A DNA stretch of 63,690 nt, filler included, from Microthyrium microscopicum (taxonomy: Eukaryota), in NCBI GenBank assembly GCA_010405405.1. It is 14 parts of 4 records of this genome, joined end to end, with 100 filler letters (N's around TTAATTAATTAA, not from the genome) between each part and the next. Parts side by side here need not be neighbours in the genome. Positions count along the whole stretch, not along the records: positions 1 to 28,910 come from MU004230.1; 13 more parts are not named here. One strand, written 5' to 3'. Both the position numbers and the translations under genes were made by a program. The notes under the pieces are model-generated. The model was given only the letters and a program-made list of their open reading frames with translations, searched no databases and was not told the origin of the DNA. Positions 1 to 14,835 of this stretch are shown here, in pieces. The first letter of the stretch is position 1; each line of letters opens with the position of its first letter.

Positions 1-1449
1 AAATTAAATTATTACTACTAGATATTATAAGAATATAAGAAATAAAGCGTAGTTAATTACTATAGGAGTCTAAGGGCCTAATATAGTTTTTAGGACATAC
101 TAATTAGAGAATTATATTATTCCTAATTAGGTCCTACGATTATCTAATCTCTTAGTATATTCTTTATTATAATATAATGGATTTAACGTAGTCTAACACG
201 TTTATAACTACTTTATATATATAAGTAATAGTATTATTAGCTAAGCTAGACTAGAGCAACGTTTATTTTATACTCTTTTACTAATACTACTATTAAAGTT
301 ACTTTTACTAATATTTAAGCCTACTGTATAGTAAGAAGTAGCGTAGTAGTACTTAAGCTTTATATTTCTTATTGTAATAATAAGGAATAGAAGTAGCGAG
401 TTGTTCTAGCGCTAACTATAGAGGGTAGCTATAGATTATTATATACCTAAATAGGCTAATAGGAGAAGAAATAAGATATAAATAAGGAATTTTTAAAGAT
501 TGTCTAAGTAAGCCTTACACTCCTCTAGAGAGGTATGAATTTAGTTATAGTTATAGGAAAGTACTAAGTATACTGTAAGCGAATTAAGTACTTCTACTAA
601 CTAGGCCGTTAAAACTTTTAAGGTATATAGATATAAATTTAAGATATAAATTAAATACTATAGGCTACTAAACTAACAATTAGTAATACTAGATAAATAA
701 CGTAATATACTTACGTATAAATATATCTTAGTAGGCGCTAAGTATACTTAATTTATAATAGTTGCTAATTAATATCCTATTAGCTATTTTTAGTACCTAA
801 AAAATAATGCTACTAGGGAAGCTAATTAAGTAAGGCTATAAGCATAATAAAGGGTGTAACCCTCTTATTATTACTTCTAATTTTTATAAAGAAGTAGTAT
901 TAAAACGAAATGTTAATTAAGCCTTTATACGCAACTACGTAATATACTAACTATACTTATAGTAGTATAATTGTAATATAAAGCTAGGTTATATTACGTA
1001 GCTATAAATTAGTTTAGTAATCTTTATATAAAATCTAATTAAGAGCTATACTTTAAATTAGATTTTAATAGTAAAGAGACTTAACTAATATAACTTAACT
1101 AAAATATTTATATATATAATATATAATATAATAAAATACTATAGTTTTTCTACGTCGTTTTAAAAGGTCTAAATTATTAGCTACTAGATAATTAAATACT
1201 AGTATTTTGTATTTATAACTCGTAATAGTATATAAGGTCTCCTAGTTTCTTAGTTACTTAAGTATATATACCTTTTAGGTAATTAGGAATTTAAATATAA
1301 TTATTATCTGTAAGCTAAATAAGGTTATATAANNNNNNNNNNNNNNNNNNNNNNNNNNNNNNNNNNNNNNNNNNNNNNNNNNNNNNNNNNNNNNNNNNNN
1401 NNNNNNNNNNNNNNNNNNNNNNNNNNNNNNNNNNNNNNNNNNNNNNNGC

Positions 1450-4165
1450 TAGGAATAATTTCTATAACTAAAGTATATTAGCTATTAAGGAGAAGGCTAA
1501 ATTAAAACTAAGAATTATATATTGTATCTATACTAGCTATTTAATTAGGACTTACTTCCTATCCTTATATTAATATACTAAATATTATAAACTATATTAT
1601 GCAACAAAAAGTCTTCTTATATTATATAAGCTATTAACTATACTAAGCTCTAATAATCCTATTAAAAGTAGTATATAATTAGCCTAGCTATGTACTCTAT
1701 TTATAAAAATATATTAAAAGAGTAGGCTAGGGTAGGATACTACTAGAAAGTTTAAAAGAAATATATAGAAGGAAAAGCTTAAATTATTAGCTACTAGAAA
1801 TAAAATAAAAGGAATTAAATATATAAGGGCTAGCTAGGTTACGAATTAAATTAATAAGAAGTTAACTACTTTAAAGCTCTAGTAAGGCTTTATAACTACG
1901 CCTATAGGTATTATTACTATCTATATTCTTATTAGAGTCCTTAATATAGACTACGCTACTTTTTTTAGTAAATAGTAAGTATTTATCTTTAAAATAGGAT
2001 GTATTATTACTATTATCCTTAGGACTAAAGAGAGTAGGCTTGCTAGTCTAATTTTCTTAGACATCTAGATTCTCTTCTTTAGGTTAGGCGGATTTAAGCT
2101 CCTATAATATAGTATTAAATAACTCTTTATTCTTATTGTTTACTTTATTGTATAGAAAGACAGCGTAGCGCTAATATAAGTAAACTATTTTAGTAAGAGT
2201 AGAAATAGTATTTTTAGTCTAGCCTAGATTAATAAGTATAGTAAAAGTAGCGTAATTAATACTAATATAAGAAGTTATATTATATACTAAAATATTATTA
2301 GCTATAAGTTAATATACTAGCTTCTATGCTAGTTTGTTATCTATTAAAATATTATATATAGCTTAATTATTAAACTTATTAGATCTAATATCTACTAAGT
2401 TCTATAGTGTAATTTAGTAATATTTCTATAATAATAAAGTGCTTAGATAGAAGAATATAGGAAATAGTATATCCTAATTATATAAGATAACTCTATCTTC
2501 TAAAGCTTATCTATTCTTATATTAGAGTATAATACTAAATACTTACTTATTAAATATATAGGAGAAATCTTTACCTAGCTTAATATTAGAAAAGTTACAC
2601 TATAGTTTAGTTAAGTAGTTATTAATAATCTTAAAGGTAGTACTAAATATAGGATCCTTTTTAGGGTCCTACTTAGGTAGATTAGCTATATTATCTATAG
2701 TTATAGTATTATTTAAATACTAGACTACCTTATTTATAGTAATCTTTCCTTTATATTTTTTACTTATATTAAATTTGTCCTACTTAGCCTAGATAGCCTC
2801 CTTAGTATATAGATCGTTAATAGAGGGGTATTCTAATTTCTTCTAATTAAGATACAATTTAAAGTAGGTAGCAAAAATCTAGTAAGTACCTAACTAGGTT
2901 AATAGAAGACTCTAACAAAAATAGATATATATATATAGAGAGCCTAGGCCTTAATAGTATTAGACGAGCTATTAATGTTAATATAACGTCTTAACTAATA
3001 AAATATAAACTCGTAATTAGTTGTATTAAACTTTCCTTTAAAGTATTTAAGAAGAGTATTAGGGTCTATCTTACTAGTAAGCTTAGGATCTTTAGCAAGT
3101 TAGCTTTTAATATATTTCTAATTTGTAAGTTATTAGCTGCTAGAGTTTATAATATTAGATAGTTTTATATATACCTATATTCTCTTAAGAGTTTAAGACT
3201 TCTAGGTATTATAATTATCTTTATACTTCTTCTTTATAAGGTTAATTAGCTAGATGTAGTTAGACGAATTAACCTACTTCTAAAAGTAGAACTTAATAAT
3301 AGTCTAGTAGTTTTCTTTACTACTTATATATATAAAATAGTTAATGCGTACATCTTAAAATATTTACTTTAATAAAGGAAAGTAGTTCTTATAGAGGGAA
3401 TTAAGGTTTGTCTTATTATAAGGACAGCCTTATAATATATAGTTAGTATATTAGATTATATATATAATCTAAACTTATACCTTTCTTCTTTTATGAATAA
3501 AATTTAATAAAAGTAGAATTAAATTCTTTTTTTAGTACGTTATTATTATTCTTCTTCTCCTTATTAGATATAGATTTAGACTTTTTAGACTTTTTAGACT
3601 TTTTAAACTTTAGTTTAGACTTTTTAGATTTAGTCTTAGTCTTCTTTGTTAGACTAGTAGGTGTATAGTCTTTATTAGTATTAGATTTAGAGTCTACTTA
3701 TACGGACTATTACTTAGAGCTACTAGTAATAACTATTTTCTTTAGAGATTTTAGAATAGTATTAGTAAGCAGTTTTGTAGCAGACTACTAGGGAGCAATA
3801 TTAGTAGACTTTTTAGAAGCAGTAGTAGTAGGTAGTATCTTTTATTAAATATTATTCTTTCGTATAGTAGGAGTTTTATTAGAAGGGCTAATAGAGTTTA
3901 ACTTTTTAGTTTAGTTATTCTATTTATAGCATTTAGAGCCTTATTTAGTCTACTAAGAGCTATCTTTTTATAAGGCCCTAAGTGTAGTATTACTATTACT
4001 ACGCTTAAGGCTAACTTAAGTAAATAGACTAAGGGTAGTATCTTAAGTATAAGAAGCTAAAGAGTCTTACTTTTTAGTTCGCTTTAGAAAACTAGTAATT
4101 GCTAGTCCGTAAGATTAAGACTAAGTACGGTTTATACGTAGGCTTAGAAGTCTCTTGGAGGCTAT
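1450..4165 (-). pseudogene. RIP-inactivated ORF of unknown function with a Lys/Ser-rich low-complexity segment
   Basis: The minus frame starts ATA(ATG?)-GCC-TCC-AAG-AGA at 4165 (MASKRLLSLRINRT*S*...). It contains TKKTKTKSKKSKLKFKKSKKSKKSKS at ~3570-3650. The 3' end is approximate. Confidence 0.45.
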
Positions 4166-4399
4166 AATAAGATAATATAATAAAGGGAAAAATATAGAAT
4201 AAAAGCAAACGAAAGATATAGTAGATGATAAACGTATCTTATAATAAGAGAATGAAATAAGATAAGATGAGATAAAAGAGAATAAGGGTAGAAATATTAG
4301 GAAAAGGATAATAAAAAGAGGGTAACTAGTTAATAAGTAGACTATTAGAAGTTAATAGTTAAATAGATTAGTTTAAATGTTATAATAGCTACTATCTAA

Positions 4400-5900
4400 T
4401 AACGCTAAGTATTACTTACACTCCTTCTATAGTCTATAAAAACGAAATTAAAGGAATAGATGTAAGTTAATATTTTATAGGTAAGAGAAAGGGATATTAA
4501 AGAAAATAAAAGTTACAATATTATTTAAAGCAAGATAGAAGTAGAATGGTAGTAGGAGCTTTATAGGCAAACGTACTATAGGCTAATATATTACTAATAT
4601 CTATAACTTTACTCTTATCTAGTTTATTAATTTAGTACTATCTAGAGATTTCTTATTATATAATAGTATAACTATATATATTTTAACTCCTAATAACTTT
4701 CTATATAACTATATCTATACCTACTAATAATTTAGGTAAATATACTAGATATATAAGAGTAGGATTTTAATTACTTTCTTTAACTTCCTATCCTAAGCTT
4801 GTAATTAAAGAATAATTTTTTTGCTATTTATTTATATTTATCTAGTGCTATGCTCTATATTCCTTTTAGGTACTTACTAAATATATCTTTATTATAGATA
4901 AATATCTAACGCATTATCTAGTTAGACTGTTTCTAAAAAATATATTAACTACTAAAGCTATATTGCCTTAATTATTTCTAGAGCGTACCTTCCTTAGCGC
5001 TAGTACTACTACTACGACGTTTAAGTTAAAAGATGTTCGCCTTCTAGTTAAGTTACTATATCTTATAACTAAAATAGACTTTACTACTAAATTGTAACTA
5101 TAGCTCTTTTATTTCGCTGTAAACTCTAGTTATTTAGCTGTCTATTGCTATTAGCATAGGCTAAAGGGTTTTTATTCTCTAACTTATTGCCTTAAGCCTT
5201 ATTATTATAATTAAGCCTTCTCTTAATTATTTAGAAACTACTTTCCCTTTAGATGATATACTTTGTATACTGTAATATATACTTAATAATAATAGTACTT
5301 AAGAGCTAGCAACTATATACTAGCTGCTGTGACCTTTAAAGATTAAATTTACTCTACTCTTAATTTTAATAACTTATAATCTAGGCTCTTAGTATATAGT
5401 CCTAAACTTTCTAATTAACCTCTACTATATATTAATATAGAGTTGACTTTTTATCTTGTTCTTTATATTTACTTAATTCTTTTAATAATATTCTCTTTTA
5501 TTCCTCGTTACTCTAATAGAGAATACGTTTAAGGAATATTAGTCTCCTATTAAGTCTATATTATTATAGTGTTAAAAATTCCTAAGATTAATATTAAGAG
5601 TAGAGTTATATAGGTATAAGCCTATAACCCCTTTTTTTAATTTATAAATAGTATATTCTTAATTTATAGAATATTATATTAATAATTATTATTAAATTTA
5701 ATATTCTAACTAGTATCTTCTTAGAACAATAACCTATACTTAACTTCTAGAAATTATATAAGCTATTAAATTAACTAGTACTAAGTAGTACCTTATAATT
5801 AAGTCTAAACTAGCTATTACTATTATATAAGTAAATACTACTCTCTAAATAACTTTTAAGTAGCTATAGTAGTTTAATACTATAAAATATACCTTCTCTT
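4400..5900 (-). pseudogene. RIP-inactivated ORF with a coiled-coil-like segment, function unknown
   Basis: The minus frame over ~4980-5260 reads SSKGKVVSK*LREGLIIIIRLKAIS*RIKTL*PMLIAIDS*ITRVYSEIKEL*LQF, and all stops are RIP-type. Boundaries are approximate. Confidence 0.35.
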
Positions 5901-6362
5901 AATTTAAGGATTAGCTACTTCTAAATTATATTTAAGAAGTAGTCCTTAAATAAGAGCTAAATTAGAATATATAACCTTTTTACTACCTTATTATTTTTGT
6001 ATCTTTTTAGTCTATAAAAACTAGTACCCTTTTATTTTGACTAAAGCTAACTATTAAATATATCTATAGTAGCTATTCCCTATTATAATATTATTCCTAA
6101 AGACTAATTTATACATGTAAAGAATCTTAGATATTCGTACCTTATAGACTAAACTAAATCGCTCTTAAATAACCTAATATTTACTTACTAATACTACCTA
6201 AGTTCTAAACTCTACTTATAAATTAGACCTTAACTTAAGATTATATTTACTTTTGTATTTACTATGCTATATATAGTTAGCTATCTCTTAAAGGACCCTA
6301 ATACTTAGAATGATTTAGATATTCCTTATAGTAATAAATACTTAACTTTAGAGCTAACTATT

Positions 6363-9300
6363 ATGCTATCTAATAAAGCAACTACCTATATTTAAGGTCC
6401 TAAGAGAGCTTATACTAGATGGGAAGTTAATCCCTTAGTAGTATGTTAAGCATAAGCTTCGTAGGATCTAGCTAGTTAGAGCGTACATCTAGAGATTTAG
6501 TAAGTAATTAGGCTACGTACTCTAAATATCCTATTAGATCGTATTTAGAATTAGTACTTAAATGTTATTAAGGATAATTAGACTATCGAGCTACTAAATA
6601 ATACCTATATTAATATTATAATAATAAATTAGATTTATATAGTACTACGAAATACTAAGGAGACTATTACTTAAATACTATTAGACATTCCTAAGATTGC
6701 TAAGCTATCTTCTAAAAATATACCTTACGAGGAAATTAATTAGTAACCTATAAAGTAATTTAATTATAAGGCTAAGCCTAAAGGCCTCCTAGATTATATT
6801 ATAATAGTTAATTTAGGAGAAGACTTAAATGCGCTAGATCTTAGCGTTTCTAGCTTATCTAAGCTGCCTACTCTCTCTACTTCCTCTAATAGTTCTATAG
6901 ATATTAATAAACAATTATTTGTTGCTATTACTTATTATAATTTATCTTCCTTCTTATCTTCTCCTCCTAGCTTAAATCCTAAAGAAGATTTATTAACTAA
7001 AGTTTTATATAAATTTAATAATAATATAGCTTCACCTTTTAAGTTTACTCTTAGTGCCTTTATATTTTTAGAAGGTATATTACGCGAGGCTTATAAGTCT
7101 ATAGTTAAAGTATTTAAACTTGTAACTCTAGATAATATTACTAACCTTTCTAGCTAGAAAGACATACTCTAGAAACGCTTAATCTAATTATTACTTCTAG
7201 TTAAATAGTAAAAATAAATACTAGAGCTAGACCCTATAGTACTTCCTACTTAGTAATCCTATATAGAAGATATAAAATTCTTTAATATAAAGTATATATT
7301 TTAACTATAGTTATAATTAGAGAGTATAACTAACGTAATATATAAAGGAATAGTAAAACTTGTTAATAAACCTACTAAGCTATAGTATTTAAGAGCTTAG
7401 GGATCTTCTTACTAGTTAACTAGTAGCTACTTTGCTATATATACTAATAATATGCTAATTTTGCTATTAGACTTTATAGGCTTTTTCTATAGCTAAGAGG
7501 AGTGCAAAATCTAATGTATAGATAATTAGAAGTTACTTTATATAAGTTATATTATCTATATTAGTTGTAACTATATAGAAAAAGTAAGGTTACAAGGTAG
7601 ATATCGTCTTATTATAATATTTATTTAGGAAGCTATTAGTAGAGACTAGTTACTAGTATTGTTTCGTGTCTAATTAATATTAGAATTATATATATATAAA
7701 TATAGAGAACTTTTTCTTATTAAAGCCCTAGAAGTTAAGATATAGGAAGATAACATTACTAGCTATATAAAATTAGTGTTTCTAGATTATTATAATTAAG
7801 GTAAACCTAAAAAGCGTTAAGCTAATTAGGAGAGTCTAACTGCGTATAACTATATTATTTATAAAATTATTAACTTAGAGTTAGGTAGTCTTAGAAATCT
7901 TATATTATTAAACCTACTACGTGGCAAACTAGAGATTAAAGAATTTAGTTATAAATATATTATTAGTAACTTTACTAACCTACGAAAGAATATTTACTTA
8001 ATTTCTATAAATATATTTATTAATAGTTTTAGCGTCTAGCGAAATATATATTAAAAGTTAATAGGCTTTTATGCCTAGCTATAGGTCTATAGTAGACGTT
8101 TAGGTAATAAATAGTAAAACTAATTTATTATTATATTAGGACTATTTAGTAGTTACTTTAATAATATATATAATATACTTATTTACTTCTATAATCTTAA
8201 CAAAAGCGTAACTATTATAGTTAATAGTAGGCTAATATTCGTATATGCCTTTTTAATAGCTTATATATTTAACCTAGTTTAATAAAACGAATTAGCTAGC
8301 TGTAAAGTATATAATATAAAACTTAGCTATTATTATTATCTAATTAGCTTAGATAAGCGTAATAATCTTAATTATAATATTATTACTTAAGGATAATACT
8401 ACTACTATATATAAAGAGAATAAGAATAAGCTAATATATTAAGTATAGCTACTAAAAAGACTAAGCGTTTAATAGAACTTAGTCTATAAAAATATAAAAG
8501 CATAGTTATAAAATTATTACTAGCTCTTAACCTTTTTACTATAAGACTACTTAATATTATATATTCTAAGTATTAGGGTATTAGGAAACTAAGTAATATA
8601 ATTTTATAGAGTCTTATTATTAATAAGAAATATACTATAAATATAAATTTAGTATTATAGTAGCTTCTATTTCCTTTAGGCTAGGGCTACTTATAATCTT
8701 TAATTTATTACTTAAATTTATACTAATAATAGGAACTTAGTAGGCTAATAATTATTATCCTAATCTTACTTTACTTATATTTAATAGACTATATAATGAA
8801 TCTATACTTAGTTACTATTATTAAGGATGCCTACTAAAAGGATATTCCTAATTGTACTAATAAGAGAACTATAACTAACATTATAACTACTATCTACTAA
8901 AAGATTACTTAATTTAATCTTATTACTAGAGGCTATAACCTTATAGATAACTAATATAAAAATATAGCAATAAGGATTATTAAGGCTAGGTAAGCTTTAG
9001 CTAAATTCTTTAAGGTTGTAGCTAAGGCTAATTCTTAGGATTCTAAGAATAAGGGGCCTAGTTGGAAATCAAAAGAAAAGTAGCTAGTAAAGCGTAGCTA
9101 GTAAAAGAATACAATCTAGTTATAATCCTTTACTGCCTTATTAGAAGCTAATAATAACTTTAACGATAGTGCTAGCAATTAGGATAATACATCCTCTTAA
9201 TTAAGCGATAGACTATGACAATCTAGTCGTGCAAGGAATGGTTCTAAGCTAAGACGAGCTATATTTATATTGTTATTAGTAGATAATAATAACGAAGAAG

Positions 9301-10497
9301 CTTAATCTTAATTCCTTAGCGAAGATAATAATAAATTATTAGCCGTTAGCTAAGATAATAGTTTCTTTAAGTCCTTAGACTCTATAGAAGACGACGCTAA
9401 TATAGATAATAATATTATTAATAAGATTATTAAAGGTCGTAGTAAGCGTAAAGATAACTTTAAATTTCTATATAAGGCTGCTCTCTAACTAAATATGCAT
9501 ATTAGTCGTTATCTACTAGATACTATAAAGGAATATGCCTTACTATATTTAATTTAAACTTAAGAGGGCAAATAGTTCTATAGGTTAGTATTAATCTTAA
9601 ATTATCTACGCGTAAGAAGTAACGATTTGCTAATATACTTGTAGTATTTTTAAAGACGATATACTACTTATAAACAAGTAAGAACTTATAGCTTAATTAA
9701 TATATTAAGAATGTATATAGCTAATAATTTCCTTTACTATAGCTAGCTCCTTTACCTCTAAGTATCTAGCCTAGAATGAAAGTTTCTAGAATATTATTTG
9801 TATATATCTAAGCCTATTTAATTGTATTAACTTACGAGAATGCTTTAGAGAATCTTAAGAGGAACTAGAGAGTTTCTTAGTTAAGTCTATTGCTAAGGAT
9901 TATAATTATATAGTAGTAAATGTATTGTTTGCTATAAAGTCTAATAATATTAAGAAACGTACTAATCTCCTTCTAAATGTATGAAAGCTAGATATACTAT
10001 TAGATATAAATATCTTTATTATGTTATTTTATAATACTTATTAATAGGACTATAATATAGACTTTACTACCTTTAAGGATTAGTCTATTAAGTAGGTATA
10101 GAGAATTATATTTACTAATAGGTAAGCGTACTATAACTATATGCCTAATTACTTAGATACTCTACTAACTTTTTTATATAGGAATATAGACTATTATTAT
10201 TTTTAGATTAATAACTTTATATAAATCTCTTTAACTAAGTACGCCTAAATTAATAGAATCTTTACCTATTAATGAGCTAATATTACGCGCGCCTTTATTA
10301 TTATTACCTTAGTTAAAGCCTATATAATATAATAGGGTACTAATAAGAACCTAATATTAGATATTATAATATACAAGATATTATATAGATAATAGATTAT
10401 TAGTTTGCTATTACTAAGTAGTAAGCTTATCTAGATAGTACTATAGTTTAAAGAAAGTAAGGTTATATACTTTAAGTATAATATATACTTTATATAA
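6363..10497 (+). pseudogene. RIP-inactivated CMC-superfamily (CACTA/EnSpm/Mirage/Chapaev-like) DDE transposase with two 3' introns
   Basis: The plus frame reads LLRGKLEIKEF...IFINSFSV*RNIY*KLIGFY (de-RIP: HPLRGELEI...FIDGFGVWRNMYRKLMGFY; first D near 8020). It continues AYIFNLV**NELASCKVYNIKLSYYYYL (de-RIP: D..QQNELAGCKAHNAKLGCRHC; second D plus C(2)C), then NIIYSKY*G (de-RIP: D.MHSEY.G), and NMHISRYL...EGK*FYR (H(3)H and catalytic E, ~9495-9585). GT..AG introns lie at ~9584-9644 and ~10122-10181, and the stop TAA is at 10495-10497. The 5' start is uncertain. Confidence 0.75.
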
Positions 10498-11859
10498 ATA
10501 TATTATAGTTGTTTCTTAGATAGGTTACTCTTTATAATAGTTAATATATATATAATATAGGTATAGTATATAGCAAATTAATATATATAGATATACTTTT
10601 ATATTTTACTCCTAACTATATATATCTACCTTACTTAAATATAGTAGTACTTATTAGTAGTACTATAAAAGAATATATAGATACTATAATACTAAGTTAA
10701 TATATAATATTTAATTTATATATAATTTTTAGAGTTATTAACTATTAGTATTATAGCTAGTAAGTATATAGATTACTTAGTAAAAAGAAAGAGTTGCTTT
10801 TAGCTATAGGTAGGGCTATACTATAAAATAATATAAGTATATTAGCAAAAATACTAACCTATACTTCTAATATTATAATAGATAACGTTATAGCGTTTCT
10901 CTAGAAGAGGGGCTATTACTTACTATTAATACTTCTAACCTTATACTCTACTAAACTAACTAATATCTTATATTAATATTGTCTTCTATTTAACTACCTA
11001 ACGCCTCATCTACTTAGTTAATTTTGCAATTAATACTGTTCGCTATACGCTAGGTGAACTAATCTAGTAGTACTTAATAATAATATACTATCTATATTAG
11101 CCTTTAGAGTAACCTATGCCCTTATTTACTGTAAATATAGAGTTTATTTCTAATTGTACTCTATTAACTTTATTTCTATAGACTTTACGATTTTTGCTCT
11201 TATAGTAGTAGATAGTAATAGACTATAGAAGGTTTCCTAGAATAAGGCAATATAAAGAAGTATAATATAAAAGAATTTATAAATAAACAAACTGTATATA
11301 GTATACTAATAACTATAGAATATTTAGTAATTAATATATAGTTAGTATAAGGCGCTATATATACTCTTATAATTTAATACTAATATAGGAATAGCTCCTA
11401 CTTTAATTAAAGATATATACTAACTATAGTAAACGAAAATAATAAACCTAAGCTAATAATAGACTTTCTAATTAGTAGTATAGTTCTATTATATAGCAAG
11501 TTCACTATACAATATTCTATTTTAACTACTTAATTAAATTAATTAAGTATATAATACGAAATAATATTATATATATACCCTTTACTTCTTTACTATAACT
11601 ATAGCTATAGAATACGCTAGCTTAGATACTTATGTATACGTCTATACTACTAGTAATTAAAAGAAGATAAGCTTATAGTTAATAATACGATCTAAATCTA
11701 GCCTTATATATTCTTAAAGCTACTACTAATCTATTATTAATATAGGGTAATATACTCTTATATAGTATAAATTTCCTCTAGTACTAAACTAATATAACTA
11801 ATAGTATGTAATTTCCTTATATTAATTACCTTCTATATCTTTAAATATTCTTATATATA

Positions 11860-12204
11860 GATAGTTTGTAAGGCGCTTATCCTTATCTACTTCTTATACT
11901 TACTTTAATTTATAATCTATTAAGCTAATAGTAGGTAATTCTATTATATTAATTACTGCCTATACCTCTAATTCTTTACGTAGACAAATAGTCTATAAGG
12001 CGCTTTTCCTCCTTTACCTCTTGTACTTACTTTAATTTATAATTCGTTAAGCTAATAGTAGGTAATTCTATTATATTAATTACTATTTACACCTCTAATT
12101 CTTTATGTAGATAGATAGTCTATAAGGTGCTCCTTCTTCTCTACCTCTTGCGCTTACTTTAATTTATATTCTATTAAGCTAATAGTAAGTAATTCTACAT
12201 TATC
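11860..12204. repeat. Tandem repeat, 127-bp unit, ~2.7 copies
   Basis: The AGGCG/AGGTG anchor recurs at 11871, 11998 and 12125. Units differ mainly by transitions. Confidence 0.9.
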
Positions 12205-12249
12205 TTTAATTTCTTATTTCTTATCTACGTATATTAATAATATATATAC

Positions 12250-13600
12250 TAAGTATACTATACTGTTACTTAGCTTAACTATATATATAAAAAGTTGCTC
12301 TGTTTAGCTTATAGTAGATAATTTAATTTACGGCGTAGAATACTATCCTATTATTTAGACGTTGCTTTTACTTATCTATAGATAAGTTAGCTTTTAAACC
12401 TAGCTTATTTTATTTGTCTATTAGCTAACGGGCAATAATCTAGACTTCTTTTATTAATTAGGCTAGCTGCTAATATTATAGTATGTAATATAACTCCTTG
12501 AATTTAACTAAATAAATCTAGTATACTTTAAGTCCTATAAACTAAAATTTCTAGTGGCTAACAATTCGTTCTAGATACTAAGCTATAGGACTAACTACTA
12601 GTAATATGTTTAATAGTAAGACTTCTACTAGCTTATAATATCTAGTAGGTCTTTTTGATTATAAATTAGTATTACTTATAGTAAATAATACGCTATATAT
12701 CTAAAGCCTTATTCCTAGTATTTTATAGTAATTGTAAGGCTATATCTACTTATAGCTATTTTTATTAACTTACTCTTTACTCTTCTAAATCTATAGTACC
12801 TATAGCTAGTAATTTAATATTACTTTATAGTATATTTACTTAATGCCTATACTGATATTAATGCTAGATCTTCTATTACTTAACTAACTTAAGTTATATT
12901 ACCTTATTATAGAATAAGCCTTACTTATAGCATACAATTTAAAATAATAATATAGCACTAATAACTACTTAGTTTTAATAGCTATATTAGATCGTTTCTA
13001 AGGCGCTAAAATATCCTAGCTTATTTAAGTAACTCTATAGATATATTACTAACAGTAAATAATTAGCAATTATTTGCCTAGCTTCTCTTTTAGTTAGTTC
13101 TTCTTTTACTATAAAGCACCTAAAGCTAACTAATACTATAGTATAATAAAAGTAATATATCTATAGAACTACTAGGTTATAGGTACGTTGCAAACTTGCC
13201 TTAATTTCTAGTATACCTTAATTATAATATTTATTACTCTATATATCTAGTTCTAAAAGTGCTAATAATAAGCAATTTATTATTATTATCCTAAGTATAA
13301 CTATACTAGTTAACTGTATACTAAGTAAGTATAATGTCTTTAAGAATTAAAGTTTAATATAGTTTCTTAACTAATAGATAGTACTATAGGTTATTATTAT
13401 ACTCTATATTACTATATACGAATACTAAGAAGTAGGAGGTAAGTATTATTCTTCTATATCTTTAATGTATATTAACTATATATGTATAAAAATTACTATA
13501 ATAGCTTGCTTCTTTTTTAAACTATAGTATTGTTACCCGCTAGTACTAATAGAATATATCTATCCTTTTTAGATCTAGACTTAATAAGTTTTATTCTTAT
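12250..13600 (-). pseudogene. RIP-inactivated ORF of unknown function
   Basis: The minus frame at ~12925-13210 reads LEIKASLQRTYNLVVL*IYYF...VKEELTKREARQIIANYLLLVIYL*SYLNKLGYFSALETI. Boundaries are approximate. Confidence 0.35.
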
Positions 13601-14835
13601 TCCTTAATGATAGATACTTATTTTAATATAACTTATAATACTAAGATTCTATAGACTTATAGACGATACTCTTTCCTAACCTACCTTACTACCTTGCCTA
13701 GCTATATTCTTCCTTTAAGTTTATATTAAATATTTTTATTAGTACGTTTTAAATTTAGGACGTAGTAAGTATATCTAGTAAGAGGTTATATAGTTATATA
13801 GGTAGTACTTTAGTTTATAAGCTTATATAGTTTCTTAAATACGCTATACTATTAAGCTATATAGATTTAGCTACTAGTAAGTAATTTATAATTATATTAT
13901 AATATATTATACTCTTATCTCTAGTAATAGTATATTAATATAACTATCTATAAAATAATGCATATAATAGTATACTAAGTAAGGATTTCTAGCTATATAT
14001 AATATAACTATATATTTAATAGTAGTTATAAGAAATAGTAGTTTATCTAGCATACTATGTCTTCTACTACTTACTAACTATAAAATAGGCTATACTATTT
14101 AGAATTGTAAAATGTATATATTACTAAGTTACGTATATACTACTAATTTATAAGACTTCGCTTCTAATTAAATATGCTACTTAGTTAATTATACTAACTA
14201 TTAATGTAGCCTAATCTAATAGCCTAGAGATTATATAAAAAGTTCTATTAAAAAAAAGCTAAAGTTATATATAATATTATTACTTATATAAGTAAGTACT
14301 ATATAAAGTATATTATCTACAATAATTTTAAGTCTTATTAATTAGAGAATTAATAGTATTATACTAAGATATATATTTACTAGTTAAGCTAACTATTTAG
14401 ATTTATAGAAAAGAGGAATTACTTAAATTTTATATTTAATAGAACCTATAGTTGTATGTAGAACTATTCCTTATTAAATACTATAAACGTCTAGCTACTT
14501 TATTATATTAAACATTCTATCTACTATATCTAGTTATTAACTTAATTATTATATTATATAGATTTAAATGTCTATAATGACCTACTTATATATAGCATTT
14601 ACTAATAAGTTTATTTTATTATTGCTTAAAGTTAAGAGCTTATATAATTATTAATTACCTTTAACTCTAACTATTTTTAGTTAGAAAATTATACTATTAT
14701 ATTTAATACTAAAATTATAGATCTTGATTTTAAATGTCTACAATACGCCTATTATGATAGAATAGATTACAAAATTTAGTATACTAAAGATAGACTAGTA
14801 ATAGTATATTTAATTACCTCTAGGGCGCGCTATAG

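Larger units (their letters stand above)
1..14830. other. RIP-degenerated AT-rich block containing several relic ORFs (probable large transposon relic)
   Basis: Very low GC, strong excess of TpA and depletion of CpA/TpG. The ORF track finds nothing here, but reading frames with frequent TAA/TAG (from CAA/CAG/TGG) are still readable. Interrupted by an N gap at 1333-1447. Confidence 0.9.

Noticed and set aside
1..14830. Mitochondrial or other organellar insertion as the cause of the AT richness
   Set aside because: The TpA excess with CpA/TpG depletion and the readable transposase relics indicate RIP. No organellar genes were recognised.
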